From: an uncultured Gammaproteobacteria bacterium | GTDB lineage: Bacteria; Pseudomonadota; Gammaproteobacteria; Steroidobacterales; Rariloculaceae | Length of the DNA stretch: 64,000 nt | Direction of reading: 5' to 3' | Assembly: GCA_963810755.1 (NCBI GenBank) | Contig: CAWEOP010000008.1 | Coordinates: 484,003 to 548,002, forward strand | In this document: piece by piece, positions 39,277 through 48,989 of the stretch | Position numbering within the stretch: position 1 is the first letter of the stretch | Layout of the letters: each line of letters opens with the position of its first letter | The notes under the pieces: model-generated | The model's input: only the letters and a program-made list of their open reading frames with translations | What the model was told of the DNA's origin: nothing | Database searches by the model: none | Position numbers and translations under genes: made by a program

Positions 39277-39338
39277 TGCGTAGTATGCAACGCAGTCGCG
39301 CCGCATGTCAAGCGCTTGCGTAGTGAGCAACGCAGTCG
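39277..39338. promoter_or_regulatory. Two 22-nt dyad-symmetric direct repeats spaced exactly 40 nt apart (candidate operators)
   Basis: TGCGTAGTATGCAACGCAGTCG (39277..39298) and TGCGTAGTGAGCAACGCAGTCG (39317..39338). Each contains TGCGT..ACGCA arms. Located 43-104 nt upstream of the phasin-like gene start (39234, minus strand). Confidence 0.5.
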
Positions 39339-39430
39339 GCAGCGGCGTATCCGATTCGAGGGCTGTCGAGGCGCCCGTTTTCACGCCGCTAGGTTGGTCT
39401 GCCGCCGGGCACGCCGCCCGGCCGCCCGGG

Positions 39431-42166
39431 CTACGCCACGTGCTTGGCAGAGCCCGGTGACGGCTCTTTCATCGCGTCGGCGAGGAGAGCGGCGAGGGCG
39501 GAACGCACGCGATTCGCGTGCTCCGTGATCGCTGCGCTCGTTGCGTCCGCGCTGCCGGTGCGCAACGCGTTCGTGAGCCCTTTGTGATCGTCGAACACCT
39601 CGCGGATCGTCGGCGGTGCGACGACGAGCACTCGGCGCATGAGCTCCGGTACGTCCATCGCGTTATAGACGTCGAATAACCACGGATTGCGCAGCAGGCT
39701 CAGGAAGATCCTGTGGAACGCGTCGTCGGCGCGGATGTAGCGCGCGACGTGCGCCGGCGACGCGCCGCGCACGAGGGGGGTGAAGGCGCGCAGGCGCGCG
39801 ACGAGCGCATCGCGCTCCGCCTCGATCATGAGCGCTGAGCCGAGCGATTGCGTGATGCCGATCTCGAGCGCCGCGCGCGCATCGAGCGCGAGCACGAGCG
39901 CGTCGACGTCGCTCGCGAGGCTTTCCTGCTCCTTCGCGACCGCGAGCGACAGGTCCTCGACGATGCCGCCGGGGCGCAGCTCGTCGCGCAGCGTCGTCTC
40001 GTCGCCGGCAAGCGCGCGGCGTACGCCGGTGGTTGACTGCTTGCCCCACGATAGGATCGCTTTGAGCGCGCCCGCTGCGTCGCCTGCCGCCAGCGAGTCC
40101 GTCAAGTACTCGTGGAAATAGACGACGTGCTCGGCGGCCACCGGCGTGTCTTTGAGCGCCGCGGCGAACAAGTCGCGCAGGCGCAGCCGCCGGAATCCCG
40201 TCGACAGGTGCTCATTCTCCGCGAGATCGATCACGGCGGCGTGATAAGCCTCGTTCGCAGCGAAGAACGCGTTGCGGTCGAGGAACACGGCGCCGTCGCC
40301 AAGCTGGGCGAGCATGAGGCGCAGCCGCTCGTAGAGTGCCGCCGACGTCGACAGCGGTATGCGGCTACGGCTGAGGCGCAACCATGTGGCTCCGGCTTCG
40401 AGCACCGCGCGTGCTTCGACGGCCGCGCGCAGCTGCGGGTACGACACGTCGCCGATCTCCGCTTGCACGGGAATCGCGCTCGCGCGCACCGTCGCATGCA
40501 AGAGCCGGCGCATGATCTTGCCGCTCGTCGTCTTCGGCAGCTCGTCCATGATCTCGACGACGCGTGGATACTTGTACGCAGCCATGCGCTCACGAGCGAA
40601 CGCGCGGATCTCGTCGGCAGTCACGGTCTGCCCGGGCTTCAGGCTGATGACGGCCTTGATGGTCTCGCCGCGGTACGGGTCCGGGATGCCGACCACTGCG
40701 CACTCGCGCACGGCAGGGTGCTGATACAACACCTCTTCGACCTCTCGCGGCCACACCTTGAAGCCCGACGCGACGATCATGTCCTTCGAGCGATCAACGA
40801 GATAAAACCAGCCGCGCTCGTCCATGAAACCGACGTCGCCGGTCTTCAAGCCCGCGGCGCTCAGCGATTTAGAGGTCTCTTCGGGCTTCTGCCAATAGCC
40901 CGGAACGATTTGCGGGCCCGCGATCACGAACTCGCCGATCTCGCCCGGTAGCGCGTCGTGGCCCGCGTCGGTCACGACCTTTACGTACGTGTTGAACACC
41001 GGCACGCCGACGGCCATGGCGCCCGTGTGCGGATCGATCGGGGGTATCGCGCCGAACGGCGTCATGTGAGTCGGCGACGTGGCCTCCGTGAGGCCGTACA
41101 TCGGTTGGATTCGCACGCCGGTGCGCGCATACCAATCGGTGAGCACTGTCGGCGGCGTCGGTGCGCCGCCCGTGTAGATCTTCTTGAGCGAGGAGAGATC
41201 GTGCTTCGCCATTGCGTCGCTGTTCAGCATTGCGATGAACGCCGTGATGGCGGACACGGTGAACGTCGCGCGGTGCGCCGCAACCAGGCGGCAGGCCTCG
41301 TCGACGTCGAAACGATAGAACAGCACGAGTGGGCTCGCGGTGAGCATCGCGAGCGTCACGTGGCCGATCAAGCCCGTGACGTGGAACAGGGGCGCGAGGC
41401 CGAGGATTACATCCCTTGGCCCGAGCCCGATCCAGCGCTCGTAGACGGAGGTCGCGAACACGACGTTGCGGTGCGTGTTCATCGCGCCCTTCGGGTTGCC
41501 CGTCGTGCCCGACGTGTAGACCAGGAAGGCGACGTCGTCACCCGTGAGCTCGACGGGCTTGGGCTCTCGCCCTTGGTTTGCACGGACGAGCTCGAACAGG
41601 TCGGGCACGTTCGCATCGCGCGATCGGCTCATGCCCGAGAGCACGGCGGGCCGCGGCGCATCCGGATCCAAGAGCTCGAGCGGGGAGGTGGTGATTGTGT
41701 GCTGCACGGCCGTCGACGGCACTGCGGCTCGGCCCGCTTCCGCGTAGAGATCTTCCTGGCACAACAGCACGCGGCAACCGGAGCCCGACAGGATCTTCAC
41801 GAGCTCGCGCTCGCGCAGCATCGGATTGCACGGGACGACGACGGCGCCGCATTTCCACGCCGCGAGTATCGCGATCAGTACTTGCGGAATGTTCTGCATC
41901 CAGACCGCGATGCGATCGCCGAATTCCACGCCACGTTCCTGCAGCGCGACGGCTAGCGAGTCCGACATGCGGTCGCATTCGTCGAACGTCAGCGCTCGAT
42001 CGAAGTAGTGCACGAGCGGCGCTGCGCCATCGCGGCGCGCCGTCGCGCGGAACATCTCGAGCGCGGTGTCGCTGCTCGGCGCGATCGTCGGGGGCACGTC
42101 GCGATAGAGCTCGAGCCAAGGGCGATGCGACGGTTCCTGCATGGAAAGCTCCTTAAGTCCGCGCAC
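39431..42166 (-). CDS. AMP-dependent acyl-CoA synthetase (FadD-like) fused to two C-terminal FCD (FadR/GntR ligand-binding) domains
   Basis: 911 aa. AMP-binding motifs YTSGTTGNPKG, TGD, and SGKIMRR at about residue 545. Then about 350 aa of two all-helical repeats resembling FCD domains (..LDARAALEIGITQSL...IRADDAFHRIFLSLLRNPWLFDVY...). No winged-HTH is visible. Confidence 0.75.
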   Translation of the reverse strand: MRGLKELSMQEPSHRPWLELYRDVPPTIAPSSDTALEMFRATARRDGAAPLVHYFDRALTFDECDRMSDSLAVALQERGVEFGDRIAVWMQNIPQVLIAILAAWKCGAVVVPCNPMLRERELVKILSGSGCRVLLCQEDLYAEAGRAAVPSTAVQHTITTSPLELLDPDAPRPAVLSGMSRSRDANVPDLFELVRANQGREPKPVELTGDDVAFLVYTSGTTGNPKGAMNTHRNVVFATSVYERWIGLGPRDVILGLAPLFHVTGLIGHVTLAMLTASPLVLFYRFDVDEACRLVAAHRATFTVSAITAFIAMLNSDAMAKHDLSSLKKIYTGGAPTPPTVLTDWYARTGVRIQPMYGLTEATSPTHMTPFGAIPPIDPHTGAMAVGVPVFNTYVKVVTDAGHDALPGEIGEFVIAGPQIVPGYWQKPEETSKSLSAAGLKTGDVGFMDERGWFYLVDRSKDMIVASGFKVWPREVEEVLYQHPAVRECAVVGIPDPYRGETIKAVISLKPGQTVTADEIRAFARERMAAYKYPRVVEIMDELPKTTSGKIMRRLLHATVRASAIPVQAEIGDVSYPQLRAAVEARAVLEAGATWLRLSRSRIPLSTSAALYERLRLMLAQLGDGAVFLDRNAFFAANEAYHAAVIDLAENEHLSTGFRRLRLRDLFAAALKDTPVAAEHVVYFHEYLTDSLAAGDAAGALKAILSWGKQSTTGVRRALAGDETTLRDELRPGGIVEDLSLAVAKEQESLASDVDALVLALDARAALEIGITQSLGSALMIEAERDALVARLRAFTPLVRGASPAHVARYIRADDAFHRIFLSLLRNPWLFDVYNAMDVPELMRRVLVVAPPTIREVFDDHKGLTNALRTGSADATSAAITEHANRVRSALAALLADAMKEPSPGSAKHVA

Positions 42167-42200
42167 GAGGGCCGGCCGGACGCACGTGACGCCGTTCGCG

Positions 42201-42479
42201 TCAGCCCTTCTTCGCAGGCTTGCCGATCGCCTTGCCTAGCTCTTCCATGAACCGGCTTTGGTCGGCGAGGAGCTTGGCGGCGAACGCGTACGATGCTTCC
42301 GCGACCTCAGTGGGGCTCGGCAGCGTGTCGAGCGCGGGTGGTTTCGGCCAAGCCGGCGGCGGCGCGCCTTTCGTTACGTTCTCGCGCCACGCTTTGACCG
42401 CGGCGAGGAACGCGTCCTGCTGGGCGCGTAACATTTCGCGCGCCTGGCTCTGGAAGTCTTTGGTCTTGTCGCTCGACAT
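42201..42479 (-). CDS. Small phasin-like protein, paralog 2
   Basis: 92 aa. C-terminal PSPTEVAEASYAFAAKLLADQSRFMEEL matches paralog 1. Confidence 0.55.
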   Translation of the reverse strand: MSSDKTKDFQSQAREMLRAQQDAFLAAVKAWRENVTKGAPPPAWPKPPALDTLPSPTEVAEASYAFAAKLLADQSRFMEELGKAIGKPAKKG

Positions 42480-42578
42480 CGTCGCTCCCCCCTTCGATCT
42501 TCTAAGGAGGCCCGAGCCCGTGCGAGCCGCGAGCCTACCCGGGAGGGTGGCGCAGTGTGGCCGTCGGTGTCAACGCGC

Positions 42579-42929
42579 TTACGGCTCGGCGACGAACGAC
42601 TTATAGATGCGCAGTAGCGCTTCCTTCTGAGCCGCGTCGAGCTTCGGATCGAGTTGGATCGCTTGCTCGACGCTCGGCGTCGCCGGGCTCTCGTCCTCAT
42701 CGCCGAAGCCGAGCATCGTGTAGAGCTGCTTCGGCTCGAGCCCGAACGCCTGAGCGAGCGCTTTGACGACTTGCGGCGACGGTCGGTAGTTGCCGCGCTC
42801 GATTTGGCTGAGATAAGAGTCCGATACGCCCGACATTCGCGCCAGGTTGCGCTGCGACACCTGCGCGAGCCGGCGCTGCGCGCGGACGAATTCGCCGAAC
42901 GCGGCGAGCTGATCTTCGTCTTGTTGCAT
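42579..42929 (-). CDS. XRE-family helix-turn-helix transcriptional regulator
   Basis: 116 aa. HTH SQRNLARMSGVSDSYLSQIERG. Heads the minus-strand PHA-like cluster. Confidence 0.8.
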   Translation of the reverse strand: MQQDEDQLAAFGEFVRAQRRLAQVSQRNLARMSGVSDSYLSQIERGNYRPSPQVVKALAQAFGLEPKQLYTMLGFGDEDESPATPSVEQAIQLDPKLDAAQKEALLRIYKSFVAEP

Positions 42930-43122
42930 GGGTGCGTTGTCCGGGCAAGCTCGCGTCGCCGTTTCGACACGAACGTTCGGCCGATTATGAGCCTGAGCCG
43001 TGCGTCGTCAAGCGGCGGCCCGAGCGCGGTCCGCGAGTTTCGCTAACGGCTGCAAACGATTTCGGGCAAGATGAAACACGCGTGAGTGTGGTCGCTGTGC
43101 TGCTTCGATCGAGGGGAGAGTT

Positions 43123-44478
43123 GTGGCAACCGAGAGAAAAATACTCAAGAACGGCTGTGTCCTCACGATGGATCGGAAGATCGGCAACTTCCGGCGCGCC
43201 GACGTCTTGATCGACGGCACGAAGATCGTCGCGGTCGGTCCCGACCTGCAAGTCGGCGAGGCCGAGGTCATCGACGCTTCGGCGATGATCGTAATGCCGG
43301 GATTCATCGACACTCACCGCCACATCTGGGAAGGCATCCTGCGCAACATCGCCGCGGATGCGCTGCTCGACGAATACTTCACCGACATCTTGGGCGTGCT
43401 CGCACCTGCCTACCGTCCGCAGGACGGCTACGCTGGCAACCTCGTGAGCGCGCTCGGCGCGATCGAAGCGGGCATCACGACGCTGCTCGATTGGTCCCAC
43501 ATCCAGAACACGCCCGAGCACACCGACGCGGTGATCAGCGCCGTGCACGAGAGCGGCATCCGCTGCGTGTTCGCGTACGGAACGCCGAATCTCGACTTGG
43601 CCGCGTGGTGGCACGACAGCAAGCTCAAGCATCCGCACGATGTGCGGCGTGTCGCGAAGCAGTATTTTTCTTCGCGCGATCAGCTCGTGACGCTCGCGCT
43701 CGCGCCGCGCGGGCCGGAGTTCACGACGTTCGAGGTCGCAGAGCACGACTGGGCGCTCGCGCGCGAGGTCGGCGTGCGGATCAGCGTGCACGTCGGCGTC
43801 GGTATGGCGGGCAAGCTCGGCAAGCTCGGCGAGATGGGCAAGGCGCACCTGCTCGGGCACGACACCACTTACATCCACTGCTGCACGCTGTCCGACGACG
43901 AGCTCAAGATGATCCGCGATACGGGCGGCACCGTGTCGATCGCGTGCCCGATCGAGATGCAGATGGGTCACGGCGCGCCGCCGATCCAGCGCTGCCTCGA
44001 CCTCGGCATCCGGCCGAGCTTGAGCGTCGACGTCGAGACGACGATGTGCGGCGATCTATTCGCGCAGATGCGCTCGGTCGTAACGGTGCAGCGCGCCGGC
44101 ATCAACGAGCGGCGCCTGGCCGGCGAGGAGAACCTCCCGCCGGTGCTGACGAGCCAAGACGTGCTCGAGTTCGCGACGATCGAAGGCGCGATCGCGAACG
44201 GCCTCGACCACAAGGTCGGCTCGCTGCGGCCCGGCAAGGAAGCCGACATCATCATGCTCGCGACCGACCGCGTGAACGTGATGCCGATCAACGATCCCGT
44301 GGGCGTCGTGGTGCGCGGCATGGATGCGTCGAACGTCGACTCGGTGTTCATCGCGGGCAAGGCCAAGAAACGCGGCGGCAAGCTGCTCGACGTGGACCTC
44401 GCGCGCGTGAAGAAGCTCGTGTACGAGTCGCGCGATTACGTCGTCCAGAAATCGGGCTTCAAGCTGCCGGCGATCTGA
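43123..44478 (+). CDS. Amidohydrolase-superfamily enzyme (cytosine/guanine deaminase or chlorohydrolase-like)
   Basis: GTG start with GAGGGGAG RBS. 451 aa. PGFIDTHRHIWEG metal-binding HxH motif and later His/Asp ligands (HVGV, HCCT, SVDVE). Confidence 0.8.
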   Translation: MATERKILKNGCVLTMDRKIGNFRRADVLIDGTKIVAVGPDLQVGEAEVIDASAMIVMPGFIDTHRHIWEGILRNIAADALLDEYFTDILGVLAPAYRPQDGYAGNLVSALGAIEAGITTLLDWSHIQNTPEHTDAVISAVHESGIRCVFAYGTPNLDLAAWWHDSKLKHPHDVRRVAKQYFSSRDQLVTLALAPRGPEFTTFEVAEHDWALAREVGVRISVHVGVGMAGKLGKLGEMGKAHLLGHDTTYIHCCTLSDDELKMIRDTGGTVSIACPIEMQMGHGAPPIQRCLDLGIRPSLSVDVETTMCGDLFAQMRSVVTVQRAGINERRLAGEENLPPVLTSQDVLEFATIEGAIANGLDHKVGSLRPGKEADIIMLATDRVNVMPINDPVGVVVRGMDASNVDSVFIAGKAKKRGGKLLDVDLARVKKLVYESRDYVVQKSGFKLPAI

Positions 44479-44551
44479 GCGGTTCGGCTTGCGCTCGTTC
44501 GCGCGCCGGGTCCAGAATCGGCGTGCCTCGGGGGACGTTCGGAATCCAACC

Positions 44552-45583
44552 ATGAAAACAACGAAGGGTTCGTGGGTTTCTTTGCTCGCAGTGCTCGCCG
44601 GAGCCGTTCCGGTGTCGAGCTACTCGCAGTCGACTTCGCCGCAGGCGCCGGCGGCGGCCGCCGCTTCGCCGCAGATCGCGAAAGACCTCGCGTGGGCGTA
44701 TGCGATTACGCCGGGGCCCGCGCCCGCGGCGGCCGTCGACGACGGCACGAAGCTCACGCTGCCGGGCAGCGACAAGACGTTCACGCTCGACCAGGTTCGC
44801 AACCGCATGGGGCCCGCGGATTGGTTCCCGGGCGACCACCCGAGCATGCCGCCGGTCGTCGCGAAGGGCCGCGAGGCCGCGGGCATCTGGGCGTGCGGTC
44901 TCTGCCACTACCCGAACGGTAAGGGCCGTCCCGAGAACGCGGGTGTCGCGGGCCTGAACAAAGAGTACTTCGTCCAACAGCTCTACGACTTCAAGCACGG
45001 TGTGCGGCTGAGCGCGGAGCCGCTGAAGCCGAACACGCCGATCATGGCGGGTTTCGCGGTCGCGATGACGGACGAAGAGATTGAGCAGTCGGCGGAGTAC
45101 TTCTCGTCGATCAAGTGGACGCCGTGGATCGAGGTCGTCGAGGCTGCCACGGTTCCGAAGACACGGCCGGCGGGCGGCATGTGGCTCAGGCTCGAGGGCG
45201 CCGAGGCCGGCATGGAGCCGATCGGCAATCGGATCATCGAGACACCGAAGAACACCGAATACACCGAGAAGCTGCGCAATCCGCGCTCGGGCTTCACGGC
45301 GTATGTGCCGCCGGGCTCGATCAAGAAGGGCGAAGCGCTCGCGAACGGCAGCAAGACGACGAAGTGCGGCGTGTGCCACGGCGAGAGTCTCGATGGGCTC
45401 GCGGTGGTGCCGACGCTGCGCGGGCGCAGCCCGAGCTACCTCGCGCGGCAGCTGGCGGACTTCAAGCAGGGCACGCGGCACGGGCTCTGGTCGCCGTTGA
45501 TGGCGCCGGTCGTCGCGAGCCTCACGCCGGACGACATCTTGAACCTGTCGGCGTACCTCTCGTCGCTGCCGCCGGCGAAGTGA
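44552..45583 (+). CDS. Periplasmic c-type cytochrome with two CxxCH motifs
   Basis: ATG at 44552, signal peptide, CGLCH and CGVCH heme-attachment motifs. Confidence 0.75.
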   Translation: MKTTKGSWVSLLAVLAGAVPVSSYSQSTSPQAPAAAAASPQIAKDLAWAYAITPGPAPAAAVDDGTKLTLPGSDKTFTLDQVRNRMGPADWFPGDHPSMPPVVAKGREAAGIWACGLCHYPNGKGRPENAGVAGLNKEYFVQQLYDFKHGVRLSAEPLKPNTPIMAGFAVAMTDEEIEQSAEYFSSIKWTPWIEVVEAATVPKTRPAGGMWLRLEGAEAGMEPIGNRIIETPKNTEYTEKLRNPRSGFTAYVPPGSIKKGEALANGSKTTKCGVCHGESLDGLAVVPTLRGRSPSYLARQLADFKQGTRHGLWSPLMAPVVASLTPDDILNLSAYLSSLPPAK

Positions 45584-45656
45584 CTCGCGCTTAACACGGC
45601 TCGACACCCACCGGTTGCAGCGGGCTTCAAGGGTGGCATTCGCAGAGGTGAAACCG

Positions 45657-46679
45657 ATGTCCCACGGAAACGTGGCTGTCTGCCGGCGTCTGCCTTGTCT
45701 GCGTGGCGGCGACCGCGCACGCGCATCACAGCCGAGCGCTCTACGACATGACGACGGAGGTCGTCTTCGACGGAACCGTTGCGAAGCTCGAGTGGCGAAA
45801 CCCGCATATTTCCATGACGGTGGAGACCAAGGGCGCAGACGGCGCGACGCTGCTTCATGAGATCGAGGTGATGTCGGTTTCCGAGGCGAGAGCAATGGGG
45901 CTTCGCCAAGATGCCATCGCGAAAGGCTCGCACGTCGTGGTCCGTGCACACCCTGGTCGAAGCGGTCCGGCGGCCAGAGCTGTCGGTCTGGACGTCAGAA
46001 CGAGCGATGGTGCGCTGCTACCGCTCAATACGGACGCAGGCTTCCAAGTCGCCCCGTCGAGCGTCGTCGAGGCGCAAGGACTCGCCGGCCGTTGGGCGCC
46101 GGCGCTCACGGATTTCCAAACGGCGTTCGGCACCGCACGCAACTGGCCCTTCACCGCCGCAGGACGCGCGAGCTTGGCCACGGCGTTCACCGAGCCGAGC
46201 GCCGTGCTTGGGATTTGCGCGGACTATCCGCCGCCAGTGCTCTCGTTTTTCCCGGACCTCCGCGAAATAGAGATCGCCGACTCGAGCGTCGTGATGCGCT
46301 TCGAGGCGCAAGGCCAGAACCTTGCGCGAGTCGTTCACCTCGATCAGACGTCGCATCCGGCCGATGTCGCGCCGTCGTTGGCGGGACATTCGATCGGGCG
46401 GTGGGAAGGGCAGACGTTGATCGTCGACACCGTCGCGTTCGAGCCGCACGCCGTAGGCGTCATGATCGGCGTGCCCTCGGGTCCGAATAAACACCTCGTG
46501 GAGCGGTTCACGCTCGCGGAAGACCGGCGCCACCTCCGCTACGACGTGACGCTCGAAGATCCCGCGGCGCTGACTGCACCGGCCTCGCTGCAGTGTCCAG
46601 TGGGAATACCGGCCCGACCTGGCGCCTTCGGGCGTAGCGTGCGACCCCGAGGCAGCGCGCAAGGTTCTCCAACGCTAAG
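45657..46679 (+). pseudogene. Secreted DUF6152-like / 'GHW[DE]G'-domain fusion protein, frameshift near 46592-46600 and probably another near 45670
   Basis: ..VAATAHA|HHSRALYD, RNPH, GHSIGRWEGQTLIVDT. After ..LTAPASLQ the paralog-like ending QWEYRPDLAPSGVACDPEAARKVLQR* lies in another frame (stop at 46677..46679). The signal peptide frame has no start codon, whereas ATG 45657 is in a different frame. Confidence 0.6.
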
Positions 46680-46785
46680 AATCACGATGGCATCGTTCCA
46701 TGCGAGATCTCGCCTACCAGTTCGGATAACTTGCGGCTAGGCTAACGGCGACAAAGACAGCCGCGTAGAGCACGGGGGACGATCC

Positions 46786-48027
46786 ATGAAGCGCAAGTAC
46801 ACCGCAGTCGCATTCGTCATCGCGACCTTGGTCGCGGGATTCATCGGGGCAGCCAATGCGCAACCATCGATCGCGCGAATCGACGATGCGCTGCGCGCCG
46901 CCGTGGAGCATGGCGACGTGCCCGGCGTCGTCGCGCTGGTCGCCAATCACGAGGGCGTCCTGTATCGCGGCGCCTTCGGAGTCGCCGACGTCACGAGCAA
47001 ACGGCCGATGGCCGTCGACTCGATGTTCCGCATCGCTTCGATGACCAAGGCGGTCACCTCGCTCGCGCTCATGCAGCTCGTCGAGCAAGGCAAGCTTGGT
47101 CTCGAGGATCCGGTCGACAAGTATCTACCCGAGATGAAGCAGCTGCCGGTGTTCGAATCGTTCGACGCCGCCACCGGCGAATACCGGCTTCGGCCGTCGA
47201 CGCGGCCGATGACGGTGCGGCACGTTCTCACCCACACCTCGGGGCTCGGTTATCCGTTCACGAGCGCGACCTTGCGCGACTTCAAGCCGCGTCCCGGCGA
47301 GACCTACGCGGACGGCCCGCTGCTCTTCGAGCCGGGCGAGCGCTGGCACTACGGCACCAGCACGGACATCGTCGGGCGGCTCGTCGAGAAGATCTCCGGG
47401 GAGAAGCTCGAGGACTATTTCCTGCGCCACATCCTCGGGCCGCTGAAGATGACCGACACGTCCTACAACATCCCGGAGGCGAAGGCGGCGCGCGTCGTCG
47501 CCGCGCAGCAGCGCGACGGCGAGCGGATGGACGGCAAGATCGTCCTGCAGTCGCCGCAGCCGGCGCTCACCGTTCCGATGCCCATCGGCGGCGGCGGATT
47601 GACCTCGACGGCGGACGACTATGGGCGCTTCGTGCGCATGCTGCTCAATGACGGCACGCTCGACGGTGTGCGCGTGCTCAAGCCGGACACCGTGGCGTCG
47701 ATGGGGCGGAACGCCATCGGCACAGTGTCGGTGCCCGCGCTGAAGGCCGCGCTGCCGCGCAGCGCCGACTTCACGTTCATCGCCGACGGCCGAGACAAGT
47801 GGGGGCTCGGCTTCCTCATCACCGTCGATCAGGTGCCCGGCAAACGGTCTGCCGGGAGCTTGAGCTGGGGCGGCATCAACAACACGTACTACTGGATCGA
47901 TCCGACCCGCGGCATTGCTGGCGTGATCATGATGCAGTATCTGCCGTTCGCCGACGCCAAGGCGCTCGCGGTCTACGATGCGTTCGAGCGTGCGGTGTAC
48001 CAGACCATCGACGCGTCGCAGCACTGA
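46786..48027 (+). CDS. Serine hydrolase of the beta-lactamase/esterase (class C-like) family
   Basis: 413 aa, signal peptide, SxxK motif (ASMTK), YGT/Tyr motif region, GGG..ST region. Confidence 0.8.
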   Translation: MKRKYTAVAFVIATLVAGFIGAANAQPSIARIDDALRAAVEHGDVPGVVALVANHEGVLYRGAFGVADVTSKRPMAVDSMFRIASMTKAVTSLALMQLVEQGKLGLEDPVDKYLPEMKQLPVFESFDAATGEYRLRPSTRPMTVRHVLTHTSGLGYPFTSATLRDFKPRPGETYADGPLLFEPGERWHYGTSTDIVGRLVEKISGEKLEDYFLRHILGPLKMTDTSYNIPEAKAARVVAAQQRDGERMDGKIVLQSPQPALTVPMPIGGGGLTSTADDYGRFVRMLLNDGTLDGVRVLKPDTVASMGRNAIGTVSVPALKAALPRSADFTFIADGRDKWGLGFLITVDQVPGKRSAGSLSWGGINNTYYWIDPTRGIAGVIMMQYLPFADAKALAVYDAFERAVYQTIDASQH

Positions 48028-48063
48028 CGAGCTCGCCGAAGACGCCGAGCTCGGGGCGAACGG

Positions 48064-48894
48064 TCAATCGATGCGAAACGAGCCGCGGCCGTCGACGCCG
48101 AGCTCGCGCGCGAGCCACGGTAGCGCGTCGGCCAGCTCCTCGCCGAGCTTCCATGGCGGGTTCACGACGAGCATGCCGCTACCCGTGAGACCGCGCGCGG
48201 ATCCGTCGGGCGATACGCAGAGCTCGTAGAGCGCTAACCGCTCGACGCCGGTCGCGCGCACGGCTCGCTCGAGCCGCTGTACCCAACGCCGCTCGAGCAC
48301 GGGGTACCAGATTACGTACGTGCCGGTGGCGAACCGCCGGTGCGCTTTGACGAGCGCCTCGAGCACGTCGCTGTGCTCGTCCCTCAACTCGTACGACGGA
48401 TCGATCAGCACGACGCCGCGTCGTTCGGGCGGCGGGACGAGGCCGATGCAGCCTTCGAGGCCGTTCTGGCGAAGCACCGTGACGCGCCGATCCGCGCCGA
48501 GCTTCTGCTCGAGCATGCGGTGCTCCGTGGGGTGCAGCTCGAACAGGTACAGGCTGTCGACCGGCCGCAAGACCTCGCGCGCGAACCACGGCGAGCCCGG
48601 ATAGCGGACGAGCTTGTCCGTGCCGTCGCCATAGCGGCGCGCGAGCTCGAGCCAGCGCGCGACTGCCGGCGGTGCGTCGGTCGCGTTCCAAATCCGACCG
48701 ATGCCGCCGCGGTACTCGCGATTCTTCTGGGCCGCGGACGAGCGCAGGTCGTAGCCGCCGGCACCCGCGTGCGTATCGATGAAGCGCAGCGGCTTGTCCT
48801 TGGCCGCGAGCTGGGCGAGCAGAGCAACGAGCACGACGTGCTTCAGAACGTCGGCGTGATTGCCCGCGTGGTAACCGTGTAGGTAGCTCAGCAT
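48064..48894 (-). CDS. rlmJ: 23S rRNA (adenine2030-N6)-methyltransferase RlmJ
   Basis: 276 aa. N-terminal MLSYLHGYHAGNHADVLKH and NPPW motif (VVNPPWKL). Confidence 0.9.
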   Translation of the reverse strand: MLSYLHGYHAGNHADVLKHVVLVALLAQLAAKDKPLRFIDTHAGAGGYDLRSSAAQKNREYRGGIGRIWNATDAPPAVARWLELARRYGDGTDKLVRYPGSPWFAREVLRPVDSLYLFELHPTEHRMLEQKLGADRRVTVLRQNGLEGCIGLVPPPERRGVVLIDPSYELRDEHSDVLEALVKAHRRFATGTYVIWYPVLERRWVQRLERAVRATGVERLALYELCVSPDGSARGLTGSGMLVVNPPWKLGEELADALPWLARELGVDGRGSFRID

Positions 48895-48989
48895 GAAGTC
48901 GTCCGTGGCGTGCTCGGCGCCCGCTCGAGGGCACCGCGCGGCTCGGCATCCTTATATACTGCGCCGCACGCACACGTCTGCAACTTAGC

